A DNA stretch of 64,000 nucleotides from Candidatus Iainarchaeum sp. (GTDB lineage Archaea > Iainarchaeota > Iainarchaeia > Iainarchaeales > JAAZKV01): contig JAPLVR010000005.1 of assembly GCA_026397015.1 (NCBI GenBank), positions 32,001 through 96,000 of the forward strand, read 5' to 3'. Shown piece by piece: positions 1 through 8,769 of this stretch. Position 1 is the stretch's first letter. Every line of letters begins with the position of its first letter. The notes under the pieces were generated by a model. It did not search any database and had not been told where the DNA came from. It saw nothing but the letters and a program-made list of their open reading frames with translations. Both the position numbers and the translations under genes were made by a program.

Positions 1-2
1 TT

Positions 3-3000
3 CAAGATGATCATGTGAGAATTATAAAGGGTGGAGTGATACAAACTTCTGCTGATGATAAAGCTAGTGGCACACATTACACAACTAGTGACGTTAGTGC
101 TATTTATGGTGGAGCAACAGACTCATGGGATGCAGGGTTAACTACCACTGACATAAAAGCCTCAAACTTTGGTATTGCTCTCGTTTCTGAAAAAGCTAAT
201 GACGACAGTGGTAGCAGAACAGTTTCCGTCGATTATATTGCTGTTACAGTAACCTACACAATCCCGCACACAATTACAGCTTCTGCTGACGCGGGCGGAA
301 CTATTTCGCCGAGTGGCGCAGTCTCGGTTGCGGACGGCACAAGCAAAACCTTTACAATTACTCCTACTTCGGGGAATGTTGTTTCGGACGTTCTTGTCGA
401 CAGCGCTTCACAAGGACGAAGCAACAGTTATACATTCACCAATGTCACTACCGACCACACAATAGCGGCGAGTTTTGACGACGGATGGTATGCTCCGAAT
501 GCGAATGTAAATAGTACGTTTGAGTATGCGGGTAGAGCGTATATATCAAACGATAGTTATGCCGACACGGACCATAGCAATAGAATTGTTGAATACACTA
601 CATTTAACATTCCAGCAATTCCTGTCGGTGCCACAATCAACGGTATTGAAGTGGCTCTTGAAGGAAAAACAACTGGAAGAAATTTGACTGTTGCGCTCTC
701 AAAGAATGGAGGCAGTTCATATGGAGCTACCACCTACAATACTGTGTTCGCATCTACCGATAAAACTGTAATTATAGGAAACCCATCGACTACATGGGGC
801 CAAAGTTGGATATCGAATAATTTTACTGATGCTAATTTCAGAGTAAAGATCACGTCAGGAAGTGGTAGTTCGAGTACTGTTTCGTTGGATCAACTCCAAG
901 TGAAAGTTTATTACACTTCGGACGCAACTCCTCCAACTATTGATCATGTTGATGACATAGTTGCGGAAGCCACAAGCGCGGAAGGCGCTTTGGTTACAAT
1001 TACTCCTCCGATGTCTCACGACGACGTGGATGGAGATATTCCATCATCTTGTGATTATGCAACGGGAACGTTCCCTTTGGGGACAACAACTGTTACTTGT
1101 CAAAAAACAGACAGTGCCGGAAACGGGCCAGTTTTTGAAATATTTACCGTAACGGTGCAGGATACTACAGATCCTGTTTTGACCGTTCCTTCTGATATTA
1201 CTGAAGAGGCGGTTTCTGCTGCAGGAAACAATGTTTCGTTTTCAGTGAGTGCGACGGATCTTGTTGATTCTAGCGTAAGTATTGTTTGCAGTGCCAACAG
1301 CGGAGATTTGTTCCCTATTGGAACAACAACTGTAATTTGCACGGCAACAGATGATTATGCAAATTCAACAATAGAAACATTTGATATAATAGTGCAACAC
1401 TTAGCGGGGCCGGAGATCACGGTTCCTTTCGATATAACCGTTGAAGCGGATTCGTTAGGCGGCGGCACAATAGTTAATTTTAGTGCCAGCGCAAACGATG
1501 TTGTAGATGGCTCGGCAACAGTTAGCTGTGTGCCTGCTTCAGGATCAGTATTCCCGCTTGGAACGACAGTTGTTTCATGCGATTCGACTGATTTACACGG
1601 CAATACTTCAGTAAAAAAATTTAGTGTAATTGTTCAGGACACTAGCGCTCCGGTATTAGTAATCCCTGGGGACATTACTGAGGAAGCAACCTCATCAGCA
1701 GGTGCTGATGTAATATATGTTGTTACTGCGGTTGATGTGGTAGATGGTTCAACTGTGGTTGACTGTGTGCCTCTTTCAGGATCAACATTTTCTTTAGGAA
1801 CTACTACAGTAGATTGTTCAACAAGTGATGCAGCATTAAACACTGCAACAGGATCGTTTAAAGTAACAGTTGAAGACACAACTGCGCCTGACTTAACTGT
1901 TCCTGCGGATATTGTTGAAGAAGCAACTTCTCCGTTGGGGAATAATGTTTCATTCATAGTAACGGCAACGGATCTTGTTGATGATAGTGTGGATATTATT
2001 TGCACTCCAGCTAGTGGGGATTTATTTGCTATTGCAACTACTTTGGTGAGTTGTACTGCAACAGACGATTATGCAAATCCAGTAACAAAAACATTCAACG
2101 TAACCGTGCAAGATACTATTGCACCGGTTTCATACATTACTAATCCAACAGGAATCAAAACGGTTCTTGATGGAAAAGTTATAATTTCCGGAACGGCTGA
2201 GGACAGCGGTTCTGGAATAAACAGGGTTCTCATCCAGATAATGGAAGACGGCGTTTTTGTTCATTCAGGAATAGCTGACGGAACAGCCGATTGGGCATAT
2301 ACTTGGGATGCAAGAGGCCTTGCAAACGGAAAAAGTTATTTGATTAAATCGGTTGCGGTTGATAATGCAACTAACGTAGAGCCAGACGCGAACGTGTTGA
2401 TATTCAAACTTGATTATTCAACACCGACAATAGATAATGTGTATCACACAGTTGCGGGAACGAAATATGTTTTGGTTTCAGGATATCTTGATTTCCAAAA
2501 TGTTGATTACGATGTAGAAATAGTTGATTCGACAAATATCGACGGGTCTGCATTGTACACATTCCCTGTAACAACCGATGAAAACGGTTTCTTTTCAGTT
2601 GACATCGACACAAGCGCGTGGGATTTAAGCAATCTCTATATTGCAAAGGCTGTTGGGGGAGAAAAATACGTTTCTCCGACAGAATTGACAGGATTGTATC
2701 TGAGCTATCAAGTAGAAGCGTTGAATGCAAGAATTGATGTAACGAACGCAAGGCTTGACTTGGCAGATGCGAACATAGTCGATTTGTGGCAGTTAGCAAA
2801 AGATTTGAATGCTGTTGACCAGAATTTGCAGGATCAGATTGACGCATTGAGCGCAAGAGTGAATGACCTGAGCGGCGAAATAATAATTATTCAGGGTCAG
2901 ATTGCGGACATGAGCGTCGAAATCGGCGAGATTCAAGCTCACTTGGATTTAGTTGATGCGGATCTTACGGGAATTTGGAGTGAGATAGTAAATATTAAAG

Positions 3001-5921
3001 ATCAAATAGAAGCGATGAATCATGGAACAGTTAACATTGAATTTAGGCAGAATACAATGAAATTGGATGTTTCCGGTGAAGCTCCGATTGGTTCAACAAC
3101 AGTAACATTGAAATTTTTTAAATCAACCAGCCCTTCAACACAATATGGTTCGGCATATACGACTCCGGTTGTAACTAGCGGGGCAAATGGTAATGCGTAT
3201 CTTTTTACGCAAGCGAATGGAAATGCTATCAATGTATCTGCTTTCGATCCGGCAATCTACAACCTAGAAGTGTCATTTGGAATGCCCGGCGGAGGATACT
3301 TGGTTTACACGGTATTCAGTGAACTTTTGCTAATCGAAACTGAATCAAGGACAACGCAGTTGGAAATTGATGTGGACACAATCAATCAGCAAATAACTGA
3401 TTTAAATGAACAAGACGCTAATTTCCAAATACAACTAAACAATGTTTACGCGCAGTTGGCAGTTCATGACCAAAATATAATCGATTTAGCGCAATCAATT
3501 AGCGACATCAATACGGCTCTTAATTCACGAATCGATGATTTGAATTTAGAGCTAATCGCGCAGGTGGCAAGGCTCGATGCACGAATCGATGCGCTTGATG
3601 CGAGACTAACAGCATTAGAAAATATTGTAGATGCGATGAATCACGGAACAATTTCACTGAATTACAGAAAAGATTTAGACAGATTAAGAGTTAAAGGTGA
3701 GGCTCCGGAAGGCGCTGTAACCGCGATAATTCACATAAGGGATTTGGACGGGACAACTGTTCAATCAGATGTTTCTGTGACGGTTGATACGACTGACAAT
3801 TCATACACAAAGGATATTGATGTTAGTTCGTGGTCGGCGCAGGTTTACGACATCGGAGTCGAATTCAAAGACTCTGGAGACGCAACAATAGGGCAATGGG
3901 TTAATGCGCAATTTTATGCATTGGCTGTTCTTGCGGATTTCCAGGGATTTGGCTTCATTGAAGACAAAACTTTCGAGTATTTCTTGGTGTTGCCAAACAC
4001 AAGAGCAATTGCCTTTGACTTTGGGGCAATAACCGAAGGTCAATATGATTTCAATTTAGTTCTGAGCAACGGAATATCAGTAAGCCAAATGCTTTTGAGT
4101 TCGCACGTTGCGAAGTACAGCGGGCAGGAATTTAACACAAGGTTTGTGCTTCCCGAGAAAGGAAACTATTCCGCGAATTTAATTGCATATAATGGGGACA
4201 CGGCGGAAACTATTGTAAGCAACGACTTCAACATTGAAATTGTTGATATGTTCGATGCGTTAAAAGGAGAAATAAATATTTCTTCTCCGGCTTACAACGA
4301 TAACGTGTATTCAGCGCAAGCGAATACGTTCTACACAAATGAGGACTTTAATTTAGCTGCGGTAATTGGGACAACAAATCTTGGTTCCTATTGTGCAGTG
4401 AGATTAGTCGGAAATGATGAGCAATTCTTGGCCGTGCCGTCAATTGCAAACTATGTTTGTTCAACCATGGCGTTCAAAAATAGAATGCTTGGAGATCTTG
4501 AAGGGCTTTTCTTAATTTCAGTTGAAAGTCCTGTGAACAATCTTGTAAAAGCGGATTTCAATTTGGGGATTGATTATACGAAACCAAGTTTCCCAGATTC
4601 AAACGCAGAAGCAATAATGCCAGCTATTGGTGCTTTCAGCGGAGTATTGCACATTGATGTAAATACTTGGGACACTTTGTCAGGTGTTGACACGGTAGTA
4701 ATTGAAATGATTGACAAAGATACTGACGCAGTCGTTTCTTCGGCATATGCCGATTATAATGCTGCTACTGGTTTTTGGAATCACGATTTCAACACAGTAT
4801 TTTTGGGAATACCTGATGGGGCTTACGACATAAAGACAATAGTGACCGATGTTGCAGGAAACTCTGATAATAGGATTGTTGATCCGGGTGTTGACAATAC
4901 CAAGCCGGTAATCAATTCAATCGTGTTTTCAAGTAACCCAATATTAAGAAATTCAACGGTAACAGTTGACGCAAATGTTAGTGACAACTTTGCAGGGGTA
5001 AAAGAAGTTAAGGCAGTTATTACTGATGGAAGTACTGTCCAGAATTTGGTTCTTTCGAGAACAAGCGGCAGTATTTTGAGCGGTATTTGGTCTGCAGACT
5101 TTAACGTAGATACAACTTGGGATGCGGGAATATACACTATTGTTGTGGATGCAAATGATTTTGCAATACCATCAAATAGTGCTATGTCCTTGTCCGGGAA
5201 TGTAAACGTGTTGAAGAACTATTACTTCAACGTTTCCGACCAGAGCAAACAAATTGCTTCCGAAACTACCACAACATTTGCTGTTGATGGCAACTTCAGG
5301 GACGATTTGGGAAATGTTCCTGCTGCGAACACAATCTTGATAACAAGCAATGTTGTTTCCGCTGTAAGTGTTCAGTTCGACGGGAATGGTTTGTTCACAA
5401 TAACCACAAATAGTTTAAATGTGGGAACATACTACGTTGATTTGAACTACAATACAAATGATTACAACTACACTGCAAGAGCCACTTTGAGTGTAAGCAA
5501 TCCTGCTCAACCGGCAGAAACTGGCGGTGCAGGCGGAGGCAGTGGCGGGATACCATCAGCTCAAACATGCGCATCATTCACATATTCGGATTGGGGTGCG
5601 TGTAGTGCAAACGGACAACAGACAAGAACTGTTGTTTCTGCTTTGCCAAATGGGTGCGTAGATGGGGCTCCTGTACTAATACAGTTATGCACGCCTCCGG
5701 CAACTGGGGGAACAACTCCTGTGACTGGCGGAGAAACAACTCCGACTGGTGGAGAGACCACTCCTACTGGTGGAGAAACAACTCCTCCGGTAGCAGCTCC
5801 TCCAACCGGGCCGACTGGTCTCTTTGAATTGGGCGCCAATGCGGAAACCCTTGGAATAGGCGCACTTGCAGTGATACTGCTCGGCGGCATAGGGTATTTT
5901 GTCTGGAAAAAGAAAAAATAG
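3..5921 (+). CDS. Giant cell-surface/adhesin-like protein, 5'-truncated by the window: beta-sandwich domains, InlB-B/Flg_new-like repeat, 5 HYR domains, Ig-like domains, two coiled-coil + globular modules, Cys module, Pro/Thr/Gly linker, C-terminal TM + KKKK
   Basis: Frame is open from base 3 (QDDHVRIIK). HYR-type repeats 'DTTAP.L.VP.DI..EATS..G..V.F...A.D.VD....C.P.SG..F.LGTT.V.C.ATD'. Heptad-rich segments. Ends 'LGIGALAVILLGGIGYFVWKKKK'. Confidence 0.85.
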   Translation, partial: QDDHVRIIKGGVIQTSADDKASGTHYTTSDVSAIYGGATDSWDAGLTTTDIKASNFGIALVSEKANDDSGSRTVSVDYIAVTVTYTIPHTITASADAGGTISPSGAVSVADGTSKTFTITPTSGNVVSDVLVDSASQGRSNSYTFTNVTTDHTIAASFDDGWYAPNANVNSTFEYAGRAYISNDSYADTDHSNRIVEYTTFNIPAIPVGATINGIEVALEGKTTGRNLTVALSKNGGSSYGATTYNTVFASTDKTVIIGNPSTTWGQSWISNNFTDANFRVKITSGSGSSSTVSLDQLQVKVYYTSDATPPTIDHVDDIVAEATSAEGALVTITPPMSHDDVDGDIPSSCDYATGTFPLGTTTVTCQKTDSAGNGPVFEIFTVTVQDTTDPVLTVPSDITEEAVSAAGNNVSFSVSATDLVDSSVSIVCSANSGDLFPIGTTTVICTATDDYANSTIETFDIIVQHLAGPEITVPFDITVEADSLGGGTIVNFSASANDVVDGSATVSCVPASGSVFPLGTTVVSCDSTDLHGNTSVKKFSVIVQDTSAPVLVIPGDITEEATSSAGADVIYVVTAVDVVDGSTVVDCVPLSGSTFSLGTTTVDCSTSDAALNTATGSFKVTVEDTTAPDLTVPADIVEEATSPLGNNVSFIVTATDLVDDSVDIICTPASGDLFAIATTLVSCTATDDYANPVTKTFNVTVQDTIAPVSYITNPTGIKTVLDGKVIISGTAEDSGSGINRVLIQIMEDGVFVHSGIADGTADWAYTWDARGLANGKSYLIKSVAVDNATNVEPDANVLIFKLDYSTPTIDNVYHTVAGTKYVLVSGYLDFQNVDYDVEIVDSTNIDGSALYTFPVTTDENGFFSVDIDTSAWDLSNLYIAKAVGGEKYVSPTELTGLYLSYQVEALNARIDVTNARLDLADANIVDLWQLAKDLNAVDQNLQDQIDALSARVNDLSGEIIIIQGQIADMSVEIGEIQAHLDLVDADLTGIWSEIVNIKDQIEAMNHGTVNIEFRQNTMKLDVSGEAPIGSTTVTLKFFKSTSPSTQYGSAYTTPVVTSGANGNAYLFTQANGNAINVSAFDPAIYNLEVSFGMPGGGYLVYTVFSELLLIETESRTTQLEIDVDTINQQITDLNEQDANFQIQLNNVYAQLAVHDQNIIDLAQSISDINTALNSRIDDLNLELIAQVARLDARIDALDARLTALENIVDAMNHGTISLNYRKDLDRLRVKGEAPEGAVTAIIHIRDLDGTTVQSDVSVTVDTTDNSYTKDIDVSSWSAQVYDIGVEFKDSGDATIGQWVNAQFYALAVLADFQGFGFIEDKTFEYFLVLPNTRAIAFDFGAITEGQYDFNLVLSNGISVSQMLLSSHVAKYSGQEFNTRFVLPEKGNYSANLIAYNGDTAETIVSNDFNIEIVDMFDALKGEINISSPAYNDNVYSAQANTFYTNEDFNLAAVIGTTNLGSYCAVRLVGNDEQFLAVPSIANYVCSTMAFKNRMLGDLEGLFLISVESPVNNLVKADFNLGIDYTKPSFPDSNAEAIMPAIGAFSGVLHIDVNTWDTLSGVDTVVIEMIDKDTDAVVSSAYADYNAATGFWNHDFNTVFLGIPDGAYDIKTIVTDVAGNSDNRIVDPGVDNTKPVINSIVFSSNPILRNSTVTVDANVSDNFAGVKEVKAVITDGSTVQNLVLSRTSGSILSGIWSADFNVDTTWDAGIYTIVVDANDFAIPSNSAMSLSGNVNVLKNYYFNVSDQSKQIASETTTTFAVDGNFRDDLGNVPAANTILITSNVVSAVSVQFDGNGLFTITTNSLNVGTYYVDLNYNTNDYNYTARATLSVSNPAQPAETGGAGGGSGGIPSAQTCASFTYSDWGACSANGQQTRTVVSALPNGCVDGAPVLIQLCTPPATGGTTPVTGGETTPTGGETTPTGGETTPPVAAPPTGPTGLFELGANAETLGIGALAVILLGGIGYFVWKKKK
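920..2115 (+). repeat. Five tandem HYR-domain repeats (~80 aa each) in the giant surface protein; boundaries approximate
   Basis: Repeated SGxxFPxGTTxVxC motif in the translation. Confidence 0.8.
5704..5790 (+). repeat. 21-nt coding tandem repeat (TGGETTP)x3-4, low-complexity linker
   Basis: actggcggagaaacaactccg / actggtggagagaccactcct / actggtggagaaacaactcct. Confidence 0.85.
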
Positions 5922-5932
5922 TTATTTAAAAC

Positions 5933-6030
5933 GATGAAGGGGGTCGGGTTTTCCGCCCTTTCATTTCTCTTTTTTTAATTAATTTCTTTCCTTTTTTTTA
6001 ATTGTTTTTTTCTTGTTCTTCTTAGTTTTT
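5933..6030 (+). terminator. Hairpin plus long T-rich tract after the giant surface gene
   Basis: atgaagggggtcgg-gttt-tccgcccttttcat followed by several oligo-T runs. Confidence 0.55.
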
Positions 6031-6181
6031 TTTAATTGCGCTTCTTTTTTTGGGGGTTACAAGGTGTAACCAAACGGAGATGAATAAAATGTCCGGTACA
6101 AATTGTACATGCCCTTTCAGTTGATACGGGGGGGAACCTTATTTTGGGACGGGTAGAGTTTGGCAGGCGCCAAAAGGTTTT

Positions 6182-6200
6182 TATATACGCAGAGTATATA
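6182..6200 (+). promoter_or_regulatory. Inverted-repeat operator overlapping the TATA box of the TA operon
   Basis: TATATAC-gcaga-GTATATA perfect 7-bp IR, ~20 nt before ATG 6222. Confidence 0.55.
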
Positions 6201-6221
6201 TTGAATGTATGGTGGTGTTGT

Positions 6222-6461
6222 ATGGTACAGGCAATGGTAGATATCCCGAAAGAAGCGAATCAGATTTTGAATATTGTTAAGGCAAGGCATAACTTGAAGA
6301 CGAAAAGCGACGCGATTTCATTGGTGGTCAAGGAGTATGGTGCGAATCTGCTTGAATCTAATCTTCGGCCGGATTATTTAGAAAAACTTGCAAATTTTGA
6401 GGCAGAAAAGGGAGTTGCTTTTAAAAATATCGGCGGGCTAAAGAAATTGATTGAGGGATAA
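6222..6461 (+). CDS. Antitoxin, DUF2683-like
   Basis: MVQAMVDIPKEANQILNIVKARHNLKTKS...LRPDYLEKL; GGTGGTG RBS; directly upstream of a RelE-like gene. Confidence 0.75.
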   Translation: MVQAMVDIPKEANQILNIVKARHNLKTKSDAISLVVKEYGANLLESNLRPDYLEKLANFEAEKGVAFKNIGGLKKLIEG

Positions 6462-6464
6462 GGC

Positions 6465-6731
6465 ATGCGCTCTTATGAAATTCTTCCTTCGCTGCTTAAA
6501 ACGCTTCAGAAATTATCCAAAAAGAATAATTCGTTATATCTGCAAGTCATGAAAAAGATCGAAGAGATTATTGAAACGGCGGATGTTGAGCATTACAAAA
6601 ACCTTCGGCACGACATGAAAGAATTGAAACGCGTGCATGTGGGACATTTTGTGCTGGTTTTTGAGTACAAGAAATGGGAAGATAAAATAATTTTTAAAGA
6701 TTTTGACCACCACGACAACATTTATTGTTGA
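6465..6731 (+). CDS. RelE/ParE-family toxin
   Basis: 88 aa basic protein, 'YKNLRHDMKELKRVHVGHFVLVF...DFDHHDNIY'. Confidence 0.85.
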   Translation: MRSYEILPSLLKTLQKLSKKNNSLYLQVMKKIEEIIETADVEHYKNLRHDMKELKRVHVGHFVLVFEYKKWEDKIIFKDFDHHDNIYC

Positions 6732-7061
6732 TTATTTTTAATTACTCCTTTTTTTGCGGGTTGAAACTTTTTTCGTCGCTTGGCGTAAATTTGGGTTGGT
6801 TTAAAACGGGCAAAAGCCTTTTCCTTTTTTGATGCGCAAAAAGCCCAAACTTGTTCTGTGTAAGAAGTAAGCCAAATCAAAGACTATTTACACAATGCTA
6901 TCGCGAGAGGCTTTGCACTTTTATTTGGTTTTGAGCCGGCGCGCATTGTAGTTTGAACGAAAACGACATGACGGTTTGATACTTTTTTGCGTTGAAAAAT
7001 AATTTAGGTGCAAAGCCATCGCGAGAGTAATAATTAAATACTTCTATTCCCTCTTCTTATA

Positions 7062-8366
7062 ATGCCTGAACAATTTTCAGCTGACTTTTCGGAAGAGGAG
7101 GCCGTGCTTGGAAGGGATTTGAAGGACCTTGAGCAGTACGGCAGCAAGGGGACCGCCTATTTGGGGAAGGTCGTTTTGTCTTCCGGGGAAAAGCCGGTTT
7201 TGGGAAGAAAGGTTGTTGTCGACTTGGCGAAGCCGCACCTGATGCTTATTTGCGGAAAGAGGGGCGCCGGAAAGTCGCATTCATTAACAGTTCTGATGGA
7301 GGAAATGGCAAGGCTTGACCCGAGCGTCAAGATGAGGATTTCAGCGATTGCAATCGACACTGTTGGAATTTTTTGGGGTTTAAAGATTCCGAGAAAGGAT
7401 ACTGCCGAGCTTGAGGGCTGGGATTTGGTTCCCGAAAAAACAGATGCAAGAGTTTATGTTCCGAAGGGGCAGCTTGCATTCTATCAGGAAAAAAATATGC
7501 CTGTGGACGGGGCATTCACTTTGAAGTGTTCCGAATTGGAGGAAACCGAGTGGATGGCTTTGTTCAAATTGAAGTGGACTGATCCTGAAGGAGTTTTGAT
7601 TTCGAGGGTCGTGCAGAGAGTGAGGGAAAAAATCGGCACCTATTATGGAATTGACGATTTGATTTCTGCTGCAAAAAGTGATGATGAAGCTCAGTCGGTT
7701 GCGAAGCAGGCGGTAGTAAACCGTTTTCAAGTCGCAAAATCATGGGGCTTAATCGAAAAGGAGGGAACGAAAATACTTGACTTGGCTGCTCCGGGGATAA
7801 TTACTTTGATTGATGTTTCTTCTTACAGGCAGACGCTTGGCACCGAGGGGATAAAGGATATTGTGGTCGCGCTTATTGGAAAAAAATTGTTCGAGCAGAG
7901 GATGCTTTTCAGGAAGGAAGAGGAAATAAAATTGATTCAGGAGAACAGGAGGAGCAGCAAGATGCCCCTTGTTTGGCTTTTGATTGATGAAGCGCACATG
8001 TTCATGCCCCGCGATGAAAGCAGTATCGCGCTGAACATTTTGCTGGAATGGGTTCGCGTTGGAAGGCAGCCCGGCCTCGGATTGATTCTCGCAACACAGC
8101 GCCCTGAAAGAATTCATCCGGATGCGATTTCCCAGTGCGATATTTTTATTTCCCACAGAATGACTTCGCAGCCTGACATTGCGGCAGTAGGGGCCTTGAG
8201 GCCGAGTTATTTGCACATGGATTTTGATAAATTATTCGCCGAGATGCCGCGCCAGCAGGGCTTCGCTTTGGTGATTGATGACAATACTGAAAAAACCTGG
8301 ATGATTAAGACGAGGCCGAGGCTCTCGTGGGATTCGAGCGTCACTGCGACCGCGTTCATTATTTAA
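7062..8366 (+). CDS. HerA/FtsK-superfamily ATPase (DUF87)
   Basis: Walker A GKRGAGKS, Walker B LLIDEAH, 'GRQPGLGLILATQRP'. Confidence 0.85.
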   Translation: MPEQFSADFSEEEAVLGRDLKDLEQYGSKGTAYLGKVVLSSGEKPVLGRKVVVDLAKPHLMLICGKRGAGKSHSLTVLMEEMARLDPSVKMRISAIAIDTVGIFWGLKIPRKDTAELEGWDLVPEKTDARVYVPKGQLAFYQEKNMPVDGAFTLKCSELEETEWMALFKLKWTDPEGVLISRVVQRVREKIGTYYGIDDLISAAKSDDEAQSVAKQAVVNRFQVAKSWGLIEKEGTKILDLAAPGIITLIDVSSYRQTLGTEGIKDIVVALIGKKLFEQRMLFRKEEEIKLIQENRRSSKMPLVWLLIDEAHMFMPRDESSIALNILLEWVRVGRQPGLGLILATQRPERIHPDAISQCDIFISHRMTSQPDIAAVGALRPSYLHMDFDKLFAEMPRQQGFALVIDDNTEKTWMIKTRPRLSWDSSVTATAFII

Positions 8367-8411
8367 CTTTTTTTGTTTTATTTATTTAATGCCGAACAAA
8401 GTTAGGCATTT

Positions 8412-8453
8412 GGCGGCGTTTTTTCGCCAGCCTTTTTTCGAAAAAAGGCTGAT
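8412..8453 (+). repeat. Dispersed palindromic element, copy A
   Basis: ggcggcgttttttcgcCAGCCTTTTTTCGAAAAAAGGCTGat; related copies at 24184-24210 and 49536-49573 (reverse). Confidence 0.8.
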
Positions 8454-8537
8454 GCACGGGTTGGGGAGCGGTCAAACCCGCCAGGCTTAGGACCTGGTCG
8501 CTTAGTGCGTTCGGCGGTTCGAGTCCGCCCCCGTGCA
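8454..8537 (+). tRNA. tRNA-Leu(TAG), intronless, CCA not encoded
   Basis: Acceptor GCACGGG/CCCGTGC-A, anticodon arm CCAGG-CT-TAG-GA-CCTGG, long variable arm, T-loop TTCGAGT. Confidence 0.95.
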
Positions 8538-8769
8538 TTTTTTTTCACCGGCATTGACCTCTGAAAAAACTTATATCTCCTTCGATTTTTTTGATTTCTT
8601 TGGATGCCGGTTATTGTTTTTGAAAAGAAGAAGCCTCCTGATGGTGCCCAAAACCCGAGTATTCTGGAATAACGATACAGGTATGCTAAAAAATTTTTTT
8701 CTTTTAGGCGGGTTTATTAACTTTTTTCAGCCTGTTATTTGGGTTTAATTTTTTGTAGGTGAAATCTGA

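Noticed and set aside
8533-8748. 71-aa ORF after tRNA-Leu, and in-frame TGAs in another frame suggesting recoding
   Set aside because: Overlaps the tRNA end, is low in complexity and has no SECIS-like evidence. TGA is used as a normal stop elsewhere (tatD, adk).
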